A stretch of DNA of 64,000 nt from Trueperaceae bacterium (GTDB lineage Bacteria; Deinococcota; Deinococci; Deinococcales; Trueperaceae), in contig JBBDRK010000043.1 in assembly GCA_040905465.1 (NCBI GenBank), forward strand, positions 38,818 to 102,817. Reading direction: 5' to 3'. The position numbers were made by a program, and so were the translations under genes. Positions 1-8,635 of the stretch are shown here, one piece after another. Numbering within the stretch: the first letter of the stretch is position 1; every line of letters starts with the position of its first letter. The notes below the pieces were generated by a model. The model saw only the letters and a list, made by a program, of their open reading frames with translations, was not told the DNA's origin and ran no database searches.

Positions 1-1
1 C

Positions 2-934
2 GCCGTGCTGGAGCTGGCCGAGAAGTGCCTGGACGCCCATGAGCGGTTCACGCCCAGCAGTATGGAAGAGCTCGAGGGAATGGCGGCCGCAACCGGTCTC
101 AGCCTCCCCGAGCTGATCGTGGTCAACGGATTCACGGACTTCGTGGATACCGTGTACGCCGACGGTCGAAGTGCCGGTGCGACGGCGGCGAGCCCGGACG
201 ACTGCACGGCCGCGTTGGTGCCTTCCGGGCGCGCCCAAGACAACCAGGCGCTTCTGGGCCAGACCTGGGACATGCACGCATCGGCAGCCGAGCACGTTCT
301 GCTGATCAGGGGCCGGCCGGCAGGGGACCCCGAGTTCCTCACCTTCACCTCCGTGGGTTGCGTAGGCATGATCGGCATGAACGAAGCGGGCCTGGTGGTG
401 GGCATCAACAACCTCATGGGCGGCGATGGTCAACCCGGCGTGATGTGGACGTTCGTGGTGCGCGAACTGCTGCGGCGCGAAACCCTTGCCGAGGCGCTGG
501 AGCTGCTCGACGCGGTTCCGCTTGCAGGGGCCCACAACTACCTGCTCCTCGACCGGCACGGCAACGGCGCCAATGTCGAGGCGACGGGCAGCAGGCGCCA
601 TGTGACGCCCCTTGCCGACCGAACGATCCTCCACACCAACCACTGCCTTTTCCCGAACACCCAGGAAGTCGAGCGTGAGCGCGCCGACGCGTCGTTGACC
701 GGTTCCCGGGCCAGGCTGCAGCGCGCCGCGGAGCTGCTTGCCGATGGTGAGGTCTCGCCCGAGCGGTTGCAGAGGCTCACGGCCGACGAGCCGCTCATCT
801 GCACGAGTCCCAAGCCGCCGCTTCACGTTGCAACCTGCGGCGCGGCGGTCATGAGACCGGCCACCGGCGAGTTCTGGGCGGTCAAGGGGCCACCGGGGCG
901 AGGTGAGTACCGGCGCTACACCGTTCCGGGCTGA
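2..934 (+). CDS. Peptidase C45 family protein (acyl-CoA:6-aminopenicillanic-acid acyltransferase-like); 5' end outside window
   Basis: The frame is open from the window edge to TGA 932-934. The translation has a Cys-Thr nucleophile context (SPDDCTAAL) followed by GQTWDM, GMNEAGL and GAHNYLL blocks, as I recall them for C45 Ntn-hydrolases. Third-position GC is high. Confidence 0.6.
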   Translation, partial: AVLELAEKCLDAHERFTPSSMEELEGMAAATGLSLPELIVVNGFTDFVDTVYADGRSAGATAASPDDCTAALVPSGRAQDNQALLGQTWDMHASAAEHVLLIRGRPAGDPEFLTFTSVGCVGMIGMNEAGLVVGINNLMGGDGQPGVMWTFVVRELLRRETLAEALELLDAVPLAGAHNYLLLDRHGNGANVEATGSRRHVTPLADRTILHTNHCLFPNTQEVERERADASLTGSRARLQRAAELLADGEVSPERLQRLTADEPLICTSPKPPLHVATCGAAVMRPATGEFWAVKGPPGRGEYRRYTVPG

Positions 935-944
935 ACTCGACAGG

Positions 945-1724
945 ATGATTCGCATCGTGCAGATCGAGCAGCGCTTCGCGGAGGACCTCGAGCGGCTTCA
1001 GCGCGACTGCTTCCCGAACCTTGCCGAACACGAGTTGATGACTCGCGAGAACTTCATCAGCCACTGCCGCATCTTCCCCGAAGGCGATTTCGTTGCCCTC
1101 GACGTCTCCGAACGAAGCCCGGTCGACGGGCAGACCGCCGACGGGCAGACCGCCGACGGGCAGACCGCCGACGGGCAGACCGCCGATGAGCAGCCCGCCG
1201 GCCATCCAGGCAACAGCGTGCCCACCAACGCCGGCGCCGCTGAGCGAGTGGTTGGGCTGGGATCAGGGTTCTTCACCGAGTTCGACTTCGACCACCCTGA
1301 CCACACCTTCGAGGAAGTGATCGCCGGCGGCGACTACAGCAACCACGACCCGGACGGCGACTGGTACTACGGCGGCGACATCTCGGTGCACCCCGACTAC
1401 CGCCGACGCGGCATCGGCCGAATGCTGTACGACGCCCGCAAGGATCTGGTACGGCGCTTCAACCGCCGCGGGATCGTAGCCGGCGGCGCGCTGCCCGGGT
1501 ACGCCGAACAGCGTGATTCCCTCACGGTTCCCGATTACGTGCGAAAGGTCGTGGGCGGCGGGCTCAACGACCCGACGCTCAGCTTTCAGCTCAGGAACGG
1601 CTTCCGGGTCCGTGGCATGCTGCGCGATTACATCGAGGACAGCGTCACCGGGAACTGGGCGACCTTGATAGCGTGGGAGAACCCGGCCTATCGTGCGTCG
1701 CAAGGGGTCGGAGCGCGACGTTGA
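945..1724 (+). CDS. GNAT family N-acetyltransferase with internal (DGQTA)4 repeat
   Basis: Start taken as ATG 945; the alternative GTG 903 would overlap the upstream gene by 32 nt. The acetyl-CoA loop-like RRRGIGRMLY matches GNAT motif A. The ORF ends at TGA 1722-1724. Confidence 0.7.
   Translation: MIRIVQIEQRFAEDLERLQRDCFPNLAEHELMTRENFISHCRIFPEGDFVALDVSERSPVDGQTADGQTADGQTADGQTADEQPAGHPGNSVPTNAGAAERVVGLGSGFFTEFDFDHPDHTFEEVIAGGDYSNHDPDGDWYYGGDISVHPDYRRRGIGRMLYDARKDLVRRFNRRGIVAGGALPGYAEQRDSLTVPDYVRKVVGGGLNDPTLSFQLRNGFRVRGMLRDYIEDSVTGNWATLIAWENPAYRASQGVGARR
1125..1199 (+). repeat. 15-bp in-frame tandem repeat (4 perfect copies plus 1 degenerate)
   Basis: GACGGGCAGACCGCC occurs four times back to back (1125-1184), followed by the degenerate GATGAGCAGCCCGCC (1185-1199). 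It encodes DGQTA x4 then DEQPA inside the GNAT ORF. Confidence 0.95.
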
Positions 1725-3106
1725 ATGAGGTGCCGAACGCCCTGGTCGTCGGCGCCGGCATGGCCGGCCTGGCGGCCGCCAGACGGCTGGTCGACAGCGG
1801 AAAGAGCGTGGTGGTGCTGGAGGCTCGCGAGCGCCTCGGCGGGCGCTTGTGGACCGACCGGCACTTCGCCGAAGTACCGGTGGAGTTGGGGGCCGAGTTC
1901 ATCCATGGCGACCGGGTAGCTACCTGGGAGTACGTGCGGGCGCTGGGACTGCGCACGCTTCACTGGAACAAACTCGGCGACTCGCAGGTGCGTACCGAAG
2001 GCGGCGAGTGGCTGAGCATGGCCGAGGCGCGTGCCGCCGACCGGGATCTGGAGCTCACCAGGACGTGGGAACTGCCGGACGTGCCGGCCGGCCGCTACGA
2101 GGATCTGGGGAGCTACCTGAAACGTATCGGCTTCAGCCGGCAGCAGTTGCGATACGTGGAGCGCTGGTTCGCCAACGCGCAGGGCGAGGACATGCGGTTC
2201 CTGTCGGCAGCGGCGACGCTGCGGGCGTTGCGTGGCTACGCAGGCAACGGCGAGGGTGATTACCGGGTAATAGGCGGCTACGACGCCGTGCCCAAGCATC
2301 TGGCCCGGGGTCTGGACGTGCGTCTGAGCACTCCGGTCGCGCAGGTCCGCTGGGGCGCTGCAGGCGTTACCGCCGTGAGCGAAGCCGGCGAGAGTTTCGC
2401 GGCCGAGTCGCTGATAATCACCGTGCCGGTGGGCGTTTGGCAGGCCGACGCGATACGGTTCATCCCTGAGTTGCCGGAAGAAAAGTCGCGGGCACTGGCG
2501 GGCTTGCGAATGGGCCCGGTCATCAAGCTGGTCTATCGCTTCGCCGAGCTGGTCGTCGGACCGGAAACAATGGCCATCTACAGCCGCCACAACCCGCCCA
2601 TGTGGTGGTCGCCGTCCTTTGGCCAGATCGGCAGGGGGCCCGACAAGCGCTCGGCACCGGGTAGCAGGCCGGGCGAGCGGGCCGCTACCCCCACGACCGG
2701 CCACGGAGGGCCCGGCCAGGTTTGGACTGCGTTCGTCTCGGGCTCTGCCGCGGCCTCCTTGTTGGCCTTGGGCGAGCACGGCGCCCTGGCTGCCGGTGTC
2801 GAAGCGCTGTCGCAGGAGCTCGGCCGCAGGCTGGAACCGTCGGACTCGCGACTGATCGACTGGCCGGGCGACCGGTTCTCGCTGGGTGGCTACAGCTACG
2901 TCCTGCCCGGCCACGATGGTGTACGCGGGCTGCTGGCGCGCCCGGTACCGCCGCTCTTCTTCGCCGGCGAAGCGAGCGCGTCCGAGCATCAGGCGGGCAC
3001 CGTTCATGGGGCCATCGAGAGCGGCAGGCGCGCTGCCGGCGAAGTGTCGGCGTTCCTGGGCGAACCTTCGACCGGCGGCGGCCGGAGCGCTCGATCGGTC
3101 GACTGA
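1721..3106 (+). CDS. FAD-dependent (flavin-containing) amine oxidase
   Basis: The N terminus carries the dinucleotide-binding fingerprint VVGAGMAGLAAARRL..VVVLEARERLGGR. The C terminus has the FFAGEASA...GTVHGAIESG block. The start is uncertain: TTG 1721 overlapping the upstream TGA, GTG 1730, or the track start 1673. Confidence 0.8.
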   Translation: MNEVPNALVVGAGMAGLAAARRLVDSGKSVVVLEARERLGGRLWTDRHFAEVPVELGAEFIHGDRVATWEYVRALGLRTLHWNKLGDSQVRTEGGEWLSMAEARAADRDLELTRTWELPDVPAGRYEDLGSYLKRIGFSRQQLRYVERWFANAQGEDMRFLSAAATLRALRGYAGNGEGDYRVIGGYDAVPKHLARGLDVRLSTPVAQVRWGAAGVTAVSEAGESFAAESLIITVPVGVWQADAIRFIPELPEEKSRALAGLRMGPVIKLVYRFAELVVGPETMAIYSRHNPPMWWSPSFGQIGRGPDKRSAPGSRPGERAATPTTGHGGPGQVWTAFVSGSAAASLLALGEHGALAAGVEALSQELGRRLEPSDSRLIDWPGDRFSLGGYSYVLPGHDGVRGLLARPVPPLFFAGEASASEHQAGTVHGAIESGRRAAGEVSAFLGEPSTGGGRSARSVD

Positions 3107-3180
3107 GCCGTCAGAGCTTGTGCTAGCCTGACGCCAACGGCGCAGATTGTCAGCCGCATAGGCCGGTAGCGAGGTAGCCG

Positions 3181-4473
3181 ATGAGCGACCAACTCTCAAC
3201 CCATCTCTCGAGCGTGTGGAGCCACCTGACCCCGATCCGTCCGGTTCGCGGCGAGGGGGTCTATCTGTTCGATGCCGAGGGTCGGCGCTATACGGACTTC
3301 ACCTCAGGGATCGGCGTCACCAGCACCGGGCACTGCCACCCGAGAGTGGTGGACGCGATCCGTCGGCAGGCGGCTGAGCTCCTGTTCAGTCAGGTGAACA
3401 TCGCGGTGCCGCCGGTCGCGGAGGAGCTGGCGCTGGCCCTGTCGAAGCTCACGCCCGGCTCGATCGACAGGTTCTTCTTCGCCAATTCCGGGGCGGAGGC
3501 GATCGAGGGCGCGCTCAAGCTGGCCCGGCACGCCACCGGGCGCACCAACTTGGTCGTGTTCCAGGGGAGCTTCCACGGGCGCACGCATCAGGCGATGGCG
3601 ATGACCACCTCCAGGACCGCCTACCGGCACCGCTACCAGCCACTGCCGGGTGGCGTGTTCGTGGCGCCGTTCCCGGACGCTCGGCGGCACGGCGGAAGCG
3701 AGGCCGACGCGGTTCACTACTGCCTGGAGCAGCTCGAGCTGATGCTGATAAGCCAAAGCGCTCCCGACGAGACTGCCGCGATGTTCATAGAGCCGGTCCT
3801 GGGCGAGGGCGGCTACCACCCGGCGCCTGCCGCATTTTTGCGCGGGTTACGCGAACTGTGCGACAGGCACGGCATCCTGCTGGTGTTCGACGAAGTGCAG
3901 ACCGGATTCGGCCGTACCGGCAAGACGTTCGCCTTCGAACACTCCGGCGTTGCGCCCGACATCCTGGTAATGGCCAAGGGTCTCGCTAGCGGCCTGCCGG
4001 TCTCCGCCGTGGGAGCGAGCGCCGAGCTGATGTCGCGCTGGGAGCCCGGAACGCACGGCGGGACCTACGGCGGCGGCAGCGCGGTTCCGCTGGCGGCGGC
4101 GTTGGCGACCATCGAGACGCTGCTCGACGAGGAGCTGATAGCCAACGCCGCCCGGCAGGGCGAGAGGCTTCGCTCCGGTCTGAACGACCTGAAGCGGCGG
4201 GTCGCGGGCCACGCCGACGTCCGCGGGCTGGGGCTGATGGTTGCCGTGGAGTTCCGCGACGAGGATGGCGAACCCGACAAGGCGGCGACCAAGGGCGTTC
4301 AACGCGCCTGCCTGGACCAGGGTCTGCTGCTCCTGACCTGCGGCAGCTACGAGAACGTTATCCGCTGGATCCCGCCGTTGGTGGTGACCGGCGAGCAGAT
4401 AGACGAGGCATTGGCGGTCTTTGCCGAGGCGTTGAACCGCAACTATCGGTCGGCAGTTGCCGGCGGGGGATGA
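3181..4473 (+). CDS. Class-III PLP-dependent aminotransferase (4-aminobutyrate/ornithine aminotransferase type)
   Basis: Motifs FFANSGAEAIEGALKLAR, DEVQTGFGRTG and PDILVMAKGLASG (PLP lysine context). ATG 3181 is preceded by GAGGT. Confidence 0.85.
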   Translation: MSDQLSTHLSSVWSHLTPIRPVRGEGVYLFDAEGRRYTDFTSGIGVTSTGHCHPRVVDAIRRQAAELLFSQVNIAVPPVAEELALALSKLTPGSIDRFFFANSGAEAIEGALKLARHATGRTNLVVFQGSFHGRTHQAMAMTTSRTAYRHRYQPLPGGVFVAPFPDARRHGGSEADAVHYCLEQLELMLISQSAPDETAAMFIEPVLGEGGYHPAPAAFLRGLRELCDRHGILLVFDEVQTGFGRTGKTFAFEHSGVAPDILVMAKGLASGLPVSAVGASAELMSRWEPGTHGGTYGGGSAVPLAAALATIETLLDEELIANAARQGERLRSGLNDLKRRVAGHADVRGLGLMVAVEFRDEDGEPDKAATKGVQRACLDQGLLLLTCGSYENVIRWIPPLVVTGEQIDEALAVFAEALNRNYRSAVAGGG

Positions 4474-4476
4474 GGC

Positions 4477-5949
4477 GTGCTCATTAGCCGCGACGTGAAC
4501 AGCATCGAGCAGGAGTACCGGTTCGAGATGCTGATCGGCGGCGAGTGGCGCCCCGCGGCTTCGCGCGGCAGATGGCGCCTGCTCGATCCCGGGACCGAGG
4601 AGTTGATCCAGGAGGTCCCGTTCGGCGACGCCGAGGATGCCACCGCGGCGGTCGACGCCGCCGCGGCCGCACTGCGCGCCTGGTCGCGAGCGACACCTTA
4701 CGATCGTGGCGAAGTCCTGGAGCGCGCCGCCGCCTGGATTCGGCCTCGCGCGGCGGAACTGGCGCGCCTTACCACCGAGGAGTCCGGCAAACCGCTGGGC
4801 GAGTCGAAGGCCGAGTGGCTCTCGGCCTGTAACTATCTCACCTGGTTCGTCGCCGAGGGGGTTCGTGGTTACGGTCGCACTATTCCCGCCAGGCAGGGCT
4901 CACGGCGCATTCACACCCTGCAGCAGCCGCTCGGGGTGATCGCCAGCATCACAGCCTGGAACTTCCCGGTCTACAACAACGTTCGCTGCTGGGCGGCCGC
5001 CCTCGCCGCTGGTTGCACGGTAGTGGGGCGTCCGTCCGAGTACACGCCGCGCTCGGGGATGCTTCTCGCTCAGGCACTGCACGAGGGCGGCGCCCCTCCT
5101 GGAGTGGTGAATCTCGTGAACGGCGATCCGGAGGCGATGGCGGGGGTATTCCTCGACGACCCGAGAGTGCGCAAGATCCAGTTCACCGGCTCACCCCGGG
5201 TGGGCAGGCTGCTCATGGATGGCGCCTCACGGACGATCACCCGACTTTCGCTCGAGCTGGGCGGCAACGCCCCGGTGCTGGTGTTCCCGGACGTGGCCGA
5301 CGTCCACGCCGCCGCCAGGAGCGCAGTCATCTGGAAGTACCGCAATTGCGGTCAGGTCTGCGTGGCACCGCAGCGCTTCCTGGTGCACCGCGATATCGCC
5401 GAACCATTCATGGAGGAAGCGGTGGTCGCATCGAATGGGCTGCGGGTGGGACACGGCCTGGACCGGGGTACGCAGGTAGGTCCGCTGATCAACGCGCGGC
5501 AACGCGACCGTGTCGGCGATCTGATCGCCGCCAGCCGTTCGGCCGGCGCCGAGGTGTTGAGTGGCGGCATAGCGCTGGAGAGGCCAGGTTACTTTTTCCA
5601 TCCGACAGTCGTAGCCGGTGCCGGACCGGGCGTTCCGGTGTTCGACGAGGAGATCTTCGGCCCGGTCATGCCGGTGACCGTCTTCGACGACACCGACGAG
5701 GCTCTGGCGCTGGCCAATGGGAGCGAGAACGGGCTCGCCGCGTTCGTGCTGACGCGCGACCTCAACACCGCGATCCGCGTATCCGAGGAGCTGGAGTTCG
5801 GTATGGTCTGCATCAACGACTGGTTGCCGGCAACTCCCGAGGCGCCGTTCGGCGGTGTAAAGGGCAGCGGGTTCGGTCGCGAAACCGGGCTCGAGGGGCT
5901 GCGCGAGTACCAGGAGACGAAAACGATCTTCACCGGCGGCGTGGAGTAG
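4477..5949 (+). CDS. NAD(P)-dependent aldehyde dehydrogenase (succinate-semialdehyde dehydrogenase-like)
   Basis: Motifs LELGGNAP (catalytic Glu), NCGQVCVAPQR (catalytic Cys) and FGGVKGSGFGRE. GTG 4477 lies 3 nt after the upstream TGA and has a GGGGGA RBS. Confidence 0.85.
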   Translation: MLISRDVNSIEQEYRFEMLIGGEWRPAASRGRWRLLDPGTEELIQEVPFGDAEDATAAVDAAAAALRAWSRATPYDRGEVLERAAAWIRPRAAELARLTTEESGKPLGESKAEWLSACNYLTWFVAEGVRGYGRTIPARQGSRRIHTLQQPLGVIASITAWNFPVYNNVRCWAAALAAGCTVVGRPSEYTPRSGMLLAQALHEGGAPPGVVNLVNGDPEAMAGVFLDDPRVRKIQFTGSPRVGRLLMDGASRTITRLSLELGGNAPVLVFPDVADVHAAARSAVIWKYRNCGQVCVAPQRFLVHRDIAEPFMEEAVVASNGLRVGHGLDRGTQVGPLINARQRDRVGDLIAASRSAGAEVLSGGIALERPGYFFHPTVVAGAGPGVPVFDEEIFGPVMPVTVFDDTDEALALANGSENGLAAFVLTRDLNTAIRVSEELEFGMVCINDWLPATPEAPFGGVKGSGFGRETGLEGLREYQETKTIFTGGVE

Positions 5950-5981
5950 GCCGACGGATGGACTCAAAAGGAGGAGAAACG

Positions 5982-6566
5982 ATGGTAGACACCTCGTCGA
6001 CGATGATGCCGTTGAACAGCCCGGCACCGCAGTTCTCGCTCATCGATGTGACCGGCGGGCAGGAAGTGCGGTCGACCGACTTCGAAGGGAGTCGAGGACT
6101 GCTGGTGATGTTCCTGTCGCGCCACTGTCCGTTCGTGAAACACGTGCAGCGGAAGGTGGCCGAACTGTGCAACTCCTATCTGGACCGGGGGCTCGGCGTC
6201 GTTGCCATCTGCGCCAACGATGTCGAGCGCTACCCCGGAGACTCGCCGGATAACCTTCGCGAGCAGGCAGCAGAGCTCGGCTTTCGCTTCCCTTACCTGC
6301 ACGACGAGTCGCAGGAGTGCGCGCGGGCCTACCGCGCGGCCTGTACCCCGGACTTTTTTCTGTTCGACGGCAGGCTCCGGTTGACCTACCGCGGGCAGTT
6401 CGACAGCAGCCGGCCCGGCAACGACATCGAGGTGAGTGGCGAGGATCTGAACGCGGCGGTCGACGCCGTGCTGGCAGGGCGCGCCGGACCGGCCGATCAA
6501 AGGCCCAGTATGGGTTGCAACATCAAGTGGAAGCCGGGAAACGAACCGGAGTACTTTCTGACCTGA
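5982..6566 (+). CDS. Thioredoxin-fold (AhpC/TSA/redoxin-like) protein
   Basis: ATG 5982 is preceded by AAAGGAGGAG. The translation has the redoxin-like pattern PAPQFSL.D..G......F.G..LLVMFLSRHCPFVKH. The long in-frame extension back to 5013 overlaps the ALDH gene and is rejected. Confidence 0.7.
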   Translation: MVDTSSTMMPLNSPAPQFSLIDVTGGQEVRSTDFEGSRGLLVMFLSRHCPFVKHVQRKVAELCNSYLDRGLGVVAICANDVERYPGDSPDNLREQAAELGFRFPYLHDESQECARAYRAACTPDFFLFDGRLRLTYRGQFDSSRPGNDIEVSGEDLNAAVDAVLAGRAGPADQRPSMGCNIKWKPGNEPEYFLT

Positions 6567-6607
6567 CCGCGCCGGGGCGGGCGTGCTCCGTTGGTTATCC
6601 TGCAACC

Positions 6608-7039
6608 ATGCTCAGCGATGAGAGTGTCCGGCTTGCCGTCGACGACGACGAGATCAATGCCTGCTTTCCGGTGATGAGGGAGTTGCGCACGCATCTCGAC
6701 AAAGGGTCCTTCCTCTCTCGAGTGCGCACTCAGGAAAAGCAAGGGTACAGGCTCGCCTACGTCCGTAGAGATGGAGAGTGCGTGGCCGTGGCCGGCTTTC
6801 GAATTATCGAGAACCTCGCCTACGGGCGCTTGCTGTACGTGGACGACCTGGTTACCTCCGCTGCCCGGCGATCCACGGGCGTCGGGTCGGTGCTAATCGA
6901 ATGGCTCGAAACCCATGCCCGGGAGCACGGCTGCGAGAGGTTGCATCTGGACTCGGGTACCCAGAGGACAGCTGCCCACCGGTTCTACATTCGTGGAGGG
7001 CTGGAGATAGTCAACTTCCACTTCGCAAAGAGGATTTGA
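6608..7039 (+). CDS. GNAT family N-acetyltransferase
   Basis: 143-aa ORF starting at ATG 6608, with the motif A-like RRSTGVGSVLIEWLETHAREHG. Confidence 0.75.
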   Translation: MLSDESVRLAVDDDEINACFPVMRELRTHLDKGSFLSRVRTQEKQGYRLAYVRRDGECVAVAGFRIIENLAYGRLLYVDDLVTSAARRSTGVGSVLIEWLETHAREHGCERLHLDSGTQRTAAHRFYIRGGLEIVNFHFAKRI

Positions 7040-7051
7040 AAGAGGATTTGA
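7028..7051 (+). repeat. 12-bp perfect tandem duplication spanning the GNAT stop codon
   Basis: AAGAGGATTTGA occurs at 7028-7039 and again at 7040-7051. The first copy ends with the TGA stop of the 6608-7039 gene. Confidence 0.95.
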
Positions 7052-7119
7052 CGGCGCGACAGCGTAAACGCCGGTAACGCCTTGGTCTGCCGCTGTTGAG
7101 CCACAACCTCGATCGGCGC

Positions 7120-7683
7120 TCAGGCGGCGTTCTCACCGCTCTTTGCGGCCACCCAGTCGATGCCGATTCCGGCCGCCGCCCGCAGCCGATCTGCGAGTTG
7201 CGCGGCGTGATGCTGCACGTGGCGCACGTTGATGATCTGGTGCTCGAGCTTCGAAAGTCGGTACCAATGGAAGCCACTGGTGGGGCTGTTCAGGTCCAGC
7301 GCATCGACGGCCCTATCCACCATCTGGTCGCAGTGGCGCCAGTACTCCAGCACCTGCTCGCGACTGTACGGTTCGGGCATCAACGGCAGAGGGCTGTCCG
7401 GATCCGGCGGGCCCGATATGCCGTCCTCGTGTTGGACCTCGGACTGGTGCTGCTCCCAGGGGCGAAACGCCTCTTCGCTCTCCTGCAGGTACAGGTGGGT
7501 GAAGTACAAGGTGTGATACGCCACCTGCCAGAAAGCGTTCAAGTGCTCCCTGCCGTACCACGTGTCGTCCGGGCACAGCTCGATGGCCTCCCTGAGCATC
7601 TCCAGCGACGCATGATACTGGCTCTTCAGCACGGTTCGGAACGAGTCCGCGGTGAAACCACGCGATAGTTCTTGCCTGCTCAT
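7120..7683 (-). CDS. DinB family protein
   Basis: His-rich four-helix pattern (YHASLEML..., FWQVAYHTLYFTHLYL, INVRHVQHHAAQL). ATG 7683 is preceded by AAGGAG. The upstream ATG 7713 lacks an RBS. Confidence 0.6.
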   Translation of the reverse strand: MSRQELSRGFTADSFRTVLKSQYHASLEMLREAIELCPDDTWYGREHLNAFWQVAYHTLYFTHLYLQESEEAFRPWEQHQSEVQHEDGISGPPDPDSPLPLMPEPYSREQVLEYWRHCDQMVDRAVDALDLNSPTSGFHWYRLSKLEHQIINVRHVQHHAAQLADRLRAAAGIGIDWVAAKSGENAA

Positions 7684-7735
7684 GGCACACTCCTTATCGG
7701 CCTGCTTCGGCACTTCCGGGTGGACGTCGGCGATT

Positions 7736-8635
7736 TTACCGTCCCAGGCTGCTCGAGCGCCGCGGGTCGAAGGCGTCGCGTAGCCCGTCGCCGATCGCGT
7801 TCACCGAGATCACGGTAAGGAAGATCATCAGGCCCGGAAAGACCGCCAGCAGCGGCTGCCGGGTCATATACGTCTGGGCGTCCTTGAGCATGTTGCCCCA
7901 GGTCGCGGTGGGCGGCTGGATACCGAAGCCGAGGTACGACAGCCCCGACTCGGCGATGATGGCTACGGCAACCTGCAGGGTCGCCTGAACCAGGAGCGGA
8001 CCGATGGCGTTCGGGAGGATGTGACGCGCCATCAATCGGCCGTGACGTGCTCCGTAGGCGCGGGCGGCCTCCACGAACTCGCGCTCGCGTATTGCCAGGA
8101 AGCTCGAGCGGACGATCCGCGCGACAGTCATCCAGGAGAGCACCGCGATGATGACGACAATCAGCAGCATGCCTCCGAATGCGTTCAGGAGCGGATGCCC
8201 GATCAGCAGAGTGGAGAGCACTATCAGCACGAACAGCGATGGCAGGCTCAGGAACAGGTCGGTCGGGCGCATGAGGAGGCTGTCGACCCAGCCGCCGAAG
8301 TAGCCTGCCATTCCGCCGATCAGAGTCCCTACGGCGATTGCCAGCCCCATGGCCAGCCCGCCGACCGCCAGCGAGACGCGTCCGCCGAAAAGCACTCTGG
8401 TGAGTACGTCGCGGCCGAGATCGTCGGTGCCGAACGGGTGACTGAGGCTCGGGGGCTCGAAGCGCTTCCGTAGGGAGATGCCGTCGGGATCGTATGGCGA
8501 GAAGTGCGCGAAGGTTACCGCCAGGAGGATCAGCGTGAGCGTTGCAAGTCCCGCCAGCGCCAACCGGTTGCGCACGAAGGCCCGGGCGGAGCGCGGCAGC
8601 CGGGGCGGTCCCGGTCGTTGGGCAACGCTAGTCAT
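7736..8635 (-). CDS. ABC transporter permease, DppC/OppC type
   Basis: N-terminal ...HFSPYDPD...PPSLSHPFGTDDLGRDVLTRVLFGGRVSL and multiple TM segments. It overlaps the upstream permease gene by 8 nt. Confidence 0.85.
   Translation of the reverse strand: MTSVAQRPGPPRLPRSARAFVRNRLALAGLATLTLILLAVTFAHFSPYDPDGISLRKRFEPPSLSHPFGTDDLGRDVLTRVLFGGRVSLAVGGLAMGLAIAVGTLIGGMAGYFGGWVDSLLMRPTDLFLSLPSLFVLIVLSTLLIGHPLLNAFGGMLLIVVIIAVLSWMTVARIVRSSFLAIREREFVEAARAYGARHGRLMARHILPNAIGPLLVQATLQVAVAIIAESGLSYLGFGIQPPTATWGNMLKDAQTYMTRQPLLAVFPGLMIFLTVISVNAIGDGLRDAFDPRRSSSLGR

Noticed and set aside
1125-1199. Possibility that the 15-bp repeats are a CRISPR-like or other non-coding array.
   Set aside because: The units are contiguous with no spacers, lie in frame inside a GNAT ORF and are far shorter than CRISPR repeats. 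No cas genes are present.
1688-3199. 503-aa minus-strand ORF. Similar long antisense ORFs occur at 17455-18930, 5227-6027, 51666-52835 and 56747-57937.
   Set aside because: Each lies opposite a gene with clear family motifs and has a low-complexity Arg/Pro/Gly-rich translation.
5013-5981. In-frame upstream extension of the redoxin-like ORF (the track gives 5013-6566).
   Set aside because: It overlaps almost 1 kb of the aldehyde dehydrogenase gene in another frame. A strong RBS plus ATG at 5982 begins the recognisable domain.
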